Of a DNA stretch of 64,000 bases, positions 41,512-49,131 are shown one piece after another (position 1 is the stretch's first letter; every line of letters starts with the position of its first letter). Made by a program: the position numbers and the translations under genes. This DNA is from Pirellulales bacterium. GTDB lineage: Bacteria; Planctomycetota; Planctomycetia; Pirellulales; Lacipirellulaceae. The stretch covers positions 6,533-70,532 of the forward strand of contig JANQOF010000048.1 of the NCBI GenBank assembly GCA_028279215.1, read 5' to 3'. The notes under the pieces were generated by a model. The model was given only the letters and a program-made list of their open reading frames with translations, ran no database searches and had not been told where the DNA came from.

Positions 41512-42474
41512 CTAGCAGCACCGTGATCGAACGATACACCGAGTGCCGGACCGGCTTTTCACTCCAGCCGCCAGCAACACGGCGCCGACAACTATTGCCC
41601 ATGCGGACGGCTCGGGCGTTGATAGCAACTCAATGGATGCTGCCGCACCACCGAATGTTAGCACGCCACTGGGTTCTCCGAAGTTGAATAGTACCGTATT
41701 GAAGTCGTCTAGGTCGACTAATTCATCGCCGTCGAAGTTTCCACGTTCCCAGTTGCGGCTTTCGCCAAAATTGAATAGGACTTGGCCAAAGTCGTCCAGG
41801 CTGACAGAGCCTACCAGATCGGCATCACCAGGGGTGGCGGTGTAGATAGCCGACCCTGCCACGCCTATCTGGTCCTTAAACGAACCAGTTTGGGCAACCG
41901 CGCCATGCGTGGTGCCAGGAGAGCCGCCGGCGTCGTAGGCACCACGCCAAGTAATCGTTACCGTGTTGGTTACGCCGGGCACGGCGAGACTCAGCGGGGC
42001 TGTTTCAATTGTCAATGCCTCGAAGGAGTTCGACACGTCGACCAAGCTGTCACTTGCGAAATAGGCGCTCTCTAACGAAGCGAACACGTTGCTAGGGTCA
42101 CTGCCTATCTGCACACCAACGATATCTCCTAACGAATCAGGGGTCTCGTTACCGAAGAACGACTGACCAGGTATTTCGGTGCCGAAGTTCGCAGCGTTCT
42201 TGTTCGCCACAACGGCTGGGTTGCCGCCGCCTAAATCGAAGCCAATGTCGATGGCGGTCGTGGCCCCACGGACACCTGCGTTCTCGCCCGAATCGGGCGT
42301 GTCAAATCGCGACTCGTCGGGATCGACGCTAATGGTCCACACCAGACCATTGTTGGTGAGCGTAGGACTCCTGCCACCACCTACCAAGTCAACGGTGAGC
42401 GTCGGCTGGGCGGTCACGGCGGTCGCTAACACTATGCACAGCCCGGCAGTATAGGTGATGTTCGCCCAAGACAT
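41512..42474 (-). CDS. PEP-CTERM protein with a dockerin-like Ca-binding repeat pair (paralog A)
   Basis: Signal peptide; GDADLVGSVSLDDF..GNFDGDELVDLDDF; C-terminal TPEPSAWAIVVGAVLLAAGVKSR. Confidence 0.82.
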   Translation of the reverse strand: MSWANITYTAGLCIVLATAVTAQPTLTVDLVGGGRSPTLTNNGLVWTISVDPDESRFDTPDSGENAGVRGATTAIDIGFDLGGGNPAVVANKNAANFGTEIPGQSFFGNETPDSLGDIVGVQIGSDPSNVFASLESAYFASDSLVDVSNSFEALTIETAPLSLAVPGVTNTVTITWRGAYDAGGSPGTTHGAVAQTGSFKDQIGVAGSAIYTATPGDADLVGSVSLDDFGQVLFNFGESRNWERGNFDGDELVDLDDFNTVLFNFGEPSGVLTFGGAAASIELLSTPEPSAWAIVVGAVLLAAGVKSRSGTRCIVRSRCC

Positions 42475-42535
42475 GTGCTCTCTCCTGAGTACCGTCGGAA
42501 CACAGCAACGCGAGTATAACCTGCGCAGGTTGCAG

Positions 42536-42558
42536 AAAGGTGCCTGGTAGGCACCTTT
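42536..42558 (-). terminator. Hairpin between the tandem PEP-CTERM paralogs (terminator-like)
   Basis: aaaggtgcct/aggcaccttt 10-bp stem just after the 42562 stop; an adjacent perfect palindrome aacctgcgcaggtt lies at 42518-42531. Confidence 0.45.
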
Positions 42559-42561
42559 GCA

Positions 42562-43713
42562 TTATATACCCGCACCCCGTCGCCAATGCTCACGACGACG
42601 CGTTGCTAGCGCCATCGCAACCGAGGCACCGACACCGAGAATCCAAGTCGCTGGCTCGGGAATCAGAGTCTTAAGACCAACAACAGCGACAGTGGCGCCA
42701 AAATTGGCTTTCCAGATGGCAAAATCGCCTGCATCAACGGTTCCGCTGGCATCGCCGCCGCCTTGCAAGAAATCCTCGACTCCCCCAAGGAAATCTCTCC
42801 AGATCGAAACATCAGCCAAACCAACCAGCCCGTCCCCATTGAAGTCGCCCTCAAGCCCTGGCGCAACAATCCCCACCGTGAACGCTGGGCCCGCTGCGGC
42901 ACCCCCGAACGTCAGCACTCCACTTGGCTCCAAGAAGTTGAACAACACGGAATTCAAATCATCGAGGTCTGTGGTTGCATTCCCGTCGAAGTTACCTTCT
43001 TCCCACGAGGTTCCACTGAGAAAGTTGAACAGCACCGTATTGAGATCGTCGAGATCTACGCCACCGGTAAGGTCAGCATCGCCCGGAGTTGCCGTGTAGG
43101 TAGCTGATCCAGCAACGCCGATTTGGTCGTCGAACGATCCTCCTTGGGCAAGTGCGCCGTGAGTCGAACCTGGAAGTCCATTCGCGTCGTAGGCACCGCC
43201 CCATGTGATACTCACAGTGTTTGTAACGCCTGGAATACTCAGACTTAATGGTGCAGTTTGAATCGTCAGTGCTTCGAACACGCCGGACCCACCGTCGGTA
43301 AAGTAAACACTTCCAAGTGACGCAAAAACATTGGACGGATCGTCTCCAATCTGCACGCCAATGAAAGCGCCCTCGCCGTCCGGAGTTTCATCACCGAATG
43401 TCGACAAGCCCGGTAGGTTGGTATCGAAGTTCGACGAGTTCCTGCTGGCTGCGACGGCAAGGTTGCCACCGCTCAAGTCGAATCCAATATCCAATGCCGT
43501 TGACGCTCCATTGACTCCAGCATTGTCGCCCGAATCTGGGGTGTCGAACAAAGCTTCATCCGGATCGACACCGATCGTCCAAACCAGTCCGCCGTCGACA
43601 AGCACCGGAGCGCCACCGCCTACCAGATCCACCGTAAGTGCCGGTTGCGCCGTAGCTGAGTATGCTAACAGCACGAACAAGATAGCGCTGCAACCAAATC
43701 TGACGCTGCACAT
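42562..43713 (-). CDS. PEP-CTERM protein with two dockerin-like repeat pairs (paralog B)
   Basis: Signal peptide from ATG 43713; GDADLTGGVDLDDL..GNFDGNATTDLDDL and GDFNGDGLVGLADV..GDASGTVDAGDFAIWKANFG; IPEPATW..RRR. Confidence 0.85.
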   Translation of the reverse strand: MCSVRFGCSAILFVLLAYSATAQPALTVDLVGGGAPVLVDGGLVWTIGVDPDEALFDTPDSGDNAGVNGASTALDIGFDLSGGNLAVAASRNSSNFDTNLPGLSTFGDETPDGEGAFIGVQIGDDPSNVFASLGSVYFTDGGSGVFEALTIQTAPLSLSIPGVTNTVSITWGGAYDANGLPGSTHGALAQGGSFDDQIGVAGSATYTATPGDADLTGGVDLDDLNTVLFNFLSGTSWEEGNFDGNATTDLDDLNSVLFNFLEPSGVLTFGGAAAGPAFTVGIVAPGLEGDFNGDGLVGLADVSIWRDFLGGVEDFLQGGGDASGTVDAGDFAIWKANFGATVAVVGLKTLIPEPATWILGVGASVAMALATRRREHWRRGAGI

Positions 43714-44064
43714 GCGAAATCTCCATTCTGGACAAAGTGTTGAGACGAACGCTAACCAGATAGCTTTGAACACAGCCCGACATCACGCCGATGGGGACTT
43801 GAGACCAACCAGCCGGCGAAGTTCTTGTGCGCTGGTAGTTTCCACATAATACCCCCATTCCCTTGTGGCATCAGAGAGATATGCCTGCCAACCCGCGTAG
43901 CAACCTAATTGAAACCGCCCCATTGTTGCGACATTTTCGCGCCGATCCCGGTGCCTGTCAAGCTTGCAATCACCTGAATAAGATTGCCGTCTTCGTGCGT
44001 CGGTGTGGTGCATTCACGTTAGCACCAATTCTCGTACGGCATGTCTATCGTGCGAAAACCACGC

Positions 44065-44616
44065 TTAACTGCTGCTAGGCCAAAGCCACGCGAACAGACC
44101 AGCGGTAATGAGCGCGTAAACCACGCCGTCGAGCACTTCCATCGCGTAGAATTTGCGGAACCAAAACACGCCAGGAAACGGGCCGGCGGCGTGGCAAAGC
44201 AGGCCGGCCATAAGCACCAGACGGAACACGTCCAGGCGATTGGCCCCCGGTTCGAAAGCAATCGACGCCAGGTAGCCGATTGCGAAGGCTGCGACCATAA
44301 AGAACGCAAGGGTCAGGCTGATCGCCTTCCCCATGTTGGGCGGGCTAGACCACAGGATCAGCATTCCCCGGCACCGAGTCTTCATCTTCTCCTGAAACTC
44401 AGGCGTCGACATTTCCTTATGGTCGTCGCTATAGGGAAACAGATACTGATTGGCCGCCACTTGCTTCTCGTCGAGCAAGTCGAGCAGGTCGTCCTCCGCC
44501 GGCAGCTTATTCCATTCCGGCTTGTGGTGCGGCAGAAACATCCAGGCAACGATGCTGGCAATGTGTGTTGCAAGGCCAGCCAATAAGATTGGCAACCAGA
44601 GATCTAAGATGGACAT
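44065..44616 (-). CDS. Conserved-looking hypothetical multi-TM membrane protein
   Basis: LWLPILLAG..HIASIVAWMFLPHHKPEW..LPAED; about four TM helices; start ATG 44616. Confidence 0.75.
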   Translation of the reverse strand: MSILDLWLPILLAGLATHIASIVAWMFLPHHKPEWNKLPAEDDLLDLLDEKQVAANQYLFPYSDDHKEMSTPEFQEKMKTRCRGMLILWSSPPNMGKAISLTLAFFMVAAFAIGYLASIAFEPGANRLDVFRLVLMAGLLCHAAGPFPGVFWFRKFYAMEVLDGVVYALITAGLFAWLWPSSS

Positions 44617-44845
44617 TGCGTGGGTCTCCACGAGAGAAAAGAAATGCAGGCACGCACGTGGACTCACAGTGTAACCGACCAGCCATCATGAACGCCAGCT
44701 AACATTGCTGACCCGTGTACACCGATCTTGAGTCCACGCGCGAAATCAACCGAGAGATGAGTCCGACTGTTGATCGTTGGGGCAGAATGTCCTACAACGC
44801 ACTTTCGCGCGGCAGGCTCTCTTTTCTCTAGGTCGGACTCGATCG

Positions 44846-45712
44846 ATGAACGAAAACAAGAATCTCCCCCACCCTTCCGATGCGTTGCATGCCTGGGAAG
44901 AATTCATCGAAGAACACGTATACGCTGATCCAGACTCGAACGCAAAGCAGAACTATCGCAACTACAATAATCCGGCCCGCGAAACCGTGCGCGAGTTCTA
45001 CCGGCAGAATCATCTTTACCAAACCTACGAATTCGTCGACCAGAAGCGTGATCAGTTCCTCGGGCTGTCGCGGGCCAAAATGACGCCTTTTGCAGCGTTG
45101 GACTATCTCAACACTCTGGTTGACGACTCGGATCCCGATACCGAGCTTGACCAATTGCAGCACTTGCTGCAGACCGCCGAAGCCATTCGCGCCGATGGTC
45201 GTGAACGTTGGTTCGTTTTGGCTGGGCTGATGCACGACTTGGGCAAGGTGTTGTGCTTGTATGGCGAGCCACAATGGGCGGTGGTCGGCGATACCTTTCC
45301 GGTCGGATGCAAGTTCAGTGACCGGATTGTTTACTCCGAGTTCTTCGAATCGAATCCTGATTCGGACGATCCTCGATACAACACCCAAGATGGTGTTTAC
45401 GCATCAAACTGTGGACTACGCAACGTTCGCATGTCGTGGGGCCACGACGAGTACATCTATTACGTACTGCGCGACTATTTGCCCGAACCAGCGCAATACA
45501 TGCTTCGCTACCACTCGTTCTACGCTTGGCATCGAGAAAGCCAGTACGATTGGCTGTGCGACGACCACGATCGCGAGATGCTCCGCTGGGTACAGGAGTT
45601 CAATCAGTACGATCTCTATAGCAAGTGTCCCACACCACCCAACTGGCAGGCGCTTCGGCCGTATTACACGAATTTGATCGAAGAGTTCCTACCGAGTGAA
45701 CTTGCTTTCTAG
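44846..45712 (+). CDS. miox: Myo-inositol oxygenase (MIOX, HD-type di-iron)
   Basis: QNYRNY, FYRQNHLYQT, HLLQTAEAIR, LMHDLGKVL, QWAVVGDTFPVGC, SWGHDEY, RYHSFY, DLYSK. Confidence 0.92.
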   Translation: MNENKNLPHPSDALHAWEEFIEEHVYADPDSNAKQNYRNYNNPARETVREFYRQNHLYQTYEFVDQKRDQFLGLSRAKMTPFAALDYLNTLVDDSDPDTELDQLQHLLQTAEAIRADGRERWFVLAGLMHDLGKVLCLYGEPQWAVVGDTFPVGCKFSDRIVYSEFFESNPDSDDPRYNTQDGVYASNCGLRNVRMSWGHDEYIYYVLRDYLPEPAQYMLRYHSFYAWHRESQYDWLCDDHDREMLRWVQEFNQYDLYSKCPTPPNWQALRPYYTNLIEEFLPSELAF

Positions 45713-45742
45713 TATCGCCAGGGCTTCGGCGGAGAATGCAGG

Positions 45743-47359
45743 ATGGTTTCACTGCTATCGTTCCTGGCCTACACGGCGCTCGTTGCTGTCGTCGCCTGGA
45801 TGCTCACGAAGCGCGAGACGCTCTCGACTTCGGAAGGCTATTTTCTTGCTGGCCGCAGTTTGAATGGTTGGGTGATCGCCGGGTCGCTGATACTAACGAA
45901 CCTGTCGTCGGAACACTTGATCGGCCTGAATGCCGACGCCTACACGCATACGATTGCCGTGATGGCCTGGGAAACCACTTCGGCGCTGGCCATGGTGCTA
46001 ATGGCGCTTTATTTCTTGCCACGCTATTTGCGCCGCGGGCTCACTACCATTCCCGAGTTTCTTGAACAGCGGTACGACGCCGATACGCGGCTGTTGGCCT
46101 CCTTGCTGTTTCTGCTGTCGTATTCGTTTGCCATCCTGCCGATTGTGCTCGTGTTTGGGGCAACCGGCCTGGAGAGCATTTTTGACGTCTCAGAGACGTG
46201 GAACGTTGATCGCGATGCCGCTCGATGGATGTTGGTATGGGGGGTGGGCACCTTGGGAGCTCTTTACGCCATTTTGGGCGGCCTTCGGGCGGTCGCCATC
46301 TCCGATACGGTCAACGGCGTCGGTTTCTTGATGATTGGTCTGCTCGTACCGGTGCTGGCCTTGCGACTTATTGGCGATGGCAATGTGTGGCAAGGATTGG
46401 TCACGGTCTATGAGGCGAACCCTGAGAAGTTCGACATCACGGGCGACGAGCCGAAGTCGTTTCTGCCGATGAGCGTCTTGTTCACGGGATTGATCATCAA
46501 CCAGGTCTTTTTCTGGTGCACCAATCAATCGATCGCGCAGCGTGCGCTAGCGGCTCGCAGCCTGGCTGAGGGCCAGAAGGGTGTGTTGATCGCTGCGATG
46601 TTCAAGCTGCTTGGCCCGTTGGTGATTGTGCTGCCTGGGGTGCTTGCTTTTCATTTGTTCTACAGCGAGTTGGGCGACGATGGCGCCATGTTGGCCTATC
46701 CGCGACTGGCAGAACTCGTGCTGCCGCCGGTGTTGACAGGCTTTTTCGCTGCCGTGGTCGTGGGGGCCATTCTGAGCACTTTTAACAGCGTGCTGAACAG
46801 TTCGGCAACGCTATTTAGCCAGGGGATCTGTCGTCGTCTGCGACCGAAAGCAACCGACCGGCAATTAGTCCGCGCCGGCCGCGTGTGCAGTGTGCTTCTG
46901 GCGGTCGCTGCGATGACCGCGGCTCCCATGATCGACACCGAGGGCAGCCTGTACGAGCTGTTGCAGCGCATCAATGCTACGTTCTTCGGCCCAATGTTGG
47001 CCGTGATTCTACTCGGCATGCTGACTCGTTGGGCGACACCGCTGAGCGCCAAAGTGGTGCTGATTGGTGGCCCGATCGCCTACTACGCATCGGTCTTAGG
47101 TTGGGGCGAACGAGTGCAAGAATTCTTGACAAGCGCATTAGGAGCGTCCGAAGACATCCATTTTCTTCACATCCTGGGCGCTGTGTTCGTTTTGTCGGTT
47201 TTCGCCATGCGGCTCATCAGCGCCCTCGCGCCGAGGAACTACATCGAGCAACTGCCAGAAGAGCAATTCGTCGACATGACGCCCTGGCGGTGGGCGGTAC
47301 CAGCAAGCGTGGCGGTTTCGGCAGTGACGATCGGTTGCTATTTGTTGCTTGCCAGGTGA
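45743..47359 (+). CDS. Solute:sodium symporter (SSS) family transporter
   Basis: EGYFLAGRSL, TNLSSEHLIG, YAILGGLRAV..SD, FWCTNQSIAQRALAA, STFNSVLNSSATLF. Confidence 0.92.
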   Translation: MVSLLSFLAYTALVAVVAWMLTKRETLSTSEGYFLAGRSLNGWVIAGSLILTNLSSEHLIGLNADAYTHTIAVMAWETTSALAMVLMALYFLPRYLRRGLTTIPEFLEQRYDADTRLLASLLFLLSYSFAILPIVLVFGATGLESIFDVSETWNVDRDAARWMLVWGVGTLGALYAILGGLRAVAISDTVNGVGFLMIGLLVPVLALRLIGDGNVWQGLVTVYEANPEKFDITGDEPKSFLPMSVLFTGLIINQVFFWCTNQSIAQRALAARSLAEGQKGVLIAAMFKLLGPLVIVLPGVLAFHLFYSELGDDGAMLAYPRLAELVLPPVLTGFFAAVVVGAILSTFNSVLNSSATLFSQGICRRLRPKATDRQLVRAGRVCSVLLAVAAMTAAPMIDTEGSLYELLQRINATFFGPMLAVILLGMLTRWATPLSAKVVLIGGPIAYYASVLGWGERVQEFLTSALGASEDIHFLHILGAVFVLSVFAMRLISALAPRNYIEQLPEEQFVDMTPWRWAVPASVAVSAVTIGCYLLLAR

Positions 47360-47570
47360 ACCTGCCGAATGGCGTCGTCGCGGAATCGGCCCAATTTGCC
47401 AATGCCTCTTCGAAAAGTGAATGGACCTAAATCACGAGCATGGCCCCCTAGTTGAGGCAACCGGCCGTGCCAAATGCCAGCTTGTAATGGCATTCAAATC
47501 ATTGCTTTTCGCGCGGGCCCTGGCCAGACTAGCGGGAGCCTCGTGTATCCAACCGTGAAGAAAGAACACT

Positions 47571-48608
47571 ATGCAACGTTCGACGATCGTCTATTGCGGA
47601 TTAGCAATTGCTTTGCTCTCCACCGGGATCATTGCCGATTCGAAGGCCGACCAACCCAAATGGGTGCTGGCAATTCATGGCGGAGCTGGCTTTATTCCAG
47701 AGAACGTTGCCGACGAACAGCGGCAAGCGTATGAGGATGGCATCCGAAAATCCATGGAGACCGGAGTACGATTGCTCGAAGACGGGCGTCCGGCGATCGA
47801 TGTGGTGGTGGAGGTCGTCGCGATTCTTGAAGACAACCCGATTTTCAATGCCGGGAAGGGAGCTGTTTTCACTGCCGCGGGCGGCCACGAACTGGATGCC
47901 AGTTTGATGGAGGGCCATACGCTACAAACCGGTGCTGTGGCCGGCGTGACGCGGATAAAGAACCCAATCCGTGCCGCGCGTGCGGTGATGGATCACACGC
48001 GTCACGTGCTGCTCACCGCCGATGGGGCCGACCATTTTGCCCTCTCATCAGGCTGTGAACAGGTTCCACAAAGCTACTTCTACACGAGCGACCTATTCGA
48101 CGAACTGAACGCGATCCTCAAGGAGCGCGGGCAACCCGTACTCACGGAGCCGGCCTACGGGCTGCCTGTCGAAGCGAAAGCAGCAATCGGCGGACGAAAG
48201 CCGGGCAATACTGTTGGCTGCGTGGTGCTGGACGAGCAGGGTCACCTCGCTGCCGGGACGAGCACCGGCGGGCTGACCGCCAAGATGGCCGGCCGCGTGG
48301 GCGATACGCCGATAGTTGGCGCTGGAACGTACGCCGATTCGGTCTGCGCGGTGAGCGGCACGGGCGTTGGCGAACAGTACATCCGATACACAATCGCCCG
48401 AAAAGTGGCTTGGCTGGTCGAATCGGGGCAATCGGTCGAGAAGGCCGCCGCTCACTGCCTAAACGATCTACTGAATCCGAACGAAGGTGGCATCATCGCC
48501 GTAACCGCAAACGGCGACGTGACCACGCAGTGGAATACGACATCCATGCCTAGAGCGATTGCCGATTCTAGCGGCCGGCGTGAGGTTGCGATCTGGGGCC
48601 GTGAGTAG
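47571..48608 (+). CDS. iaaA: Isoaspartyl peptidase/L-asparaginase (Ntn hydrolase) with signal peptide
   Basis: LAIHGGAG, FNAGKGAV, ELDASLM, N/TVGCVVLD..LAAGTSTGG, GRVGDTP, SGTGVGE. Confidence 0.9.
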   Translation: MQRSTIVYCGLAIALLSTGIIADSKADQPKWVLAIHGGAGFIPENVADEQRQAYEDGIRKSMETGVRLLEDGRPAIDVVVEVVAILEDNPIFNAGKGAVFTAAGGHELDASLMEGHTLQTGAVAGVTRIKNPIRAARAVMDHTRHVLLTADGADHFALSSGCEQVPQSYFYTSDLFDELNAILKERGQPVLTEPAYGLPVEAKAAIGGRKPGNTVGCVVLDEQGHLAAGTSTGGLTAKMAGRVGDTPIVGAGTYADSVCAVSGTGVGEQYIRYTIARKVAWLVESGQSVEKAAAHCLNDLLNPNEGGIIAVTANGDVTTQWNTTSMPRAIADSSGRREVAIWGRE

Positions 48609-48663
48609 CTAGCTGCTCAACTCACTCGGCGCGAAGCAAGACATCGAAAACTGCCCTTGCCAT

Positions 48664-48681
48664 TTACTACACTTGTAGTAA
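48664..48681. promoter_or_regulatory. BlaI/MecI/CopY-type operator
   Basis: TTACTACA-CT-TGTAGTAA, a perfect 8-2-8 palindrome with TACA-NN-TGTA core, just downstream of a TTGCCA -35-like hexamer (48657-48662). Confidence 0.85.
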
Positions 48682-48717
48682 CACTCCGCGTAGCCACCTT
48701 CCATGGAGGACCACGCG

Positions 48718-49131
48718 ATGGCAAAACGGCAAGCGAAAGTTCCCCGGTTGCCGGAAGGGGAAATCGAGATTTTGGAAATGCTCTGGCGCGAATCGGCCGT
48801 CACGATTCAGCAAGCACAGACCGCGTTGGGCCAGCCGATTGGCTACACCACGGTGCAAACGCGGCTCAATCGGTTGGTCGAAAAGGGCCTTGTCACCCGC
48901 TCCAAGACGCGGCCGGCTCAATACTCGGCGAACGTAACGCCCGAGGAAATCCGCGAGCGCGACTTGGAAACGCTCGTCGAGCGGGTAAGCAGTGGTCGAG
49001 TGGTGCCGTTGGTGGCGCACTTGGTAAATCGCCGCGATATCTCCGCTGACGAAATCGCCGAGCTGAAGCAGTTGATCGAAGAGGCGGAGCAACGCGCGAG
49101 CGCGTCGAAGCGGAAGGGAGACCAGCAATGA
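48718..49131 (+). CDS. BlaI/MecI/CopY-family repressor
   Basis: LPEGEIEILEMLW, YTTVQTRLNRLVEKGLV, ISADEIAELKQLI; GGAGGA RBS before ATG 48718; ATGA overlap with the next gene. Confidence 0.93.
   Translation: MAKRQAKVPRLPEGEIEILEMLWRESAVTIQQAQTALGQPIGYTTVQTRLNRLVEKGLVTRSKTRPAQYSANVTPEEIRERDLETLVERVSSGRVVPLVAHLVNRRDISADEIAELKQLIEEAEQRASASKRKGDQQ

Noticed and set aside
47473-47494. 7-8-7 palindrome aatgcca/tggcatt upstream of iaaA
   Set aside because: Too short to distinguish from chance, with no second copy or cognate regulator evident.
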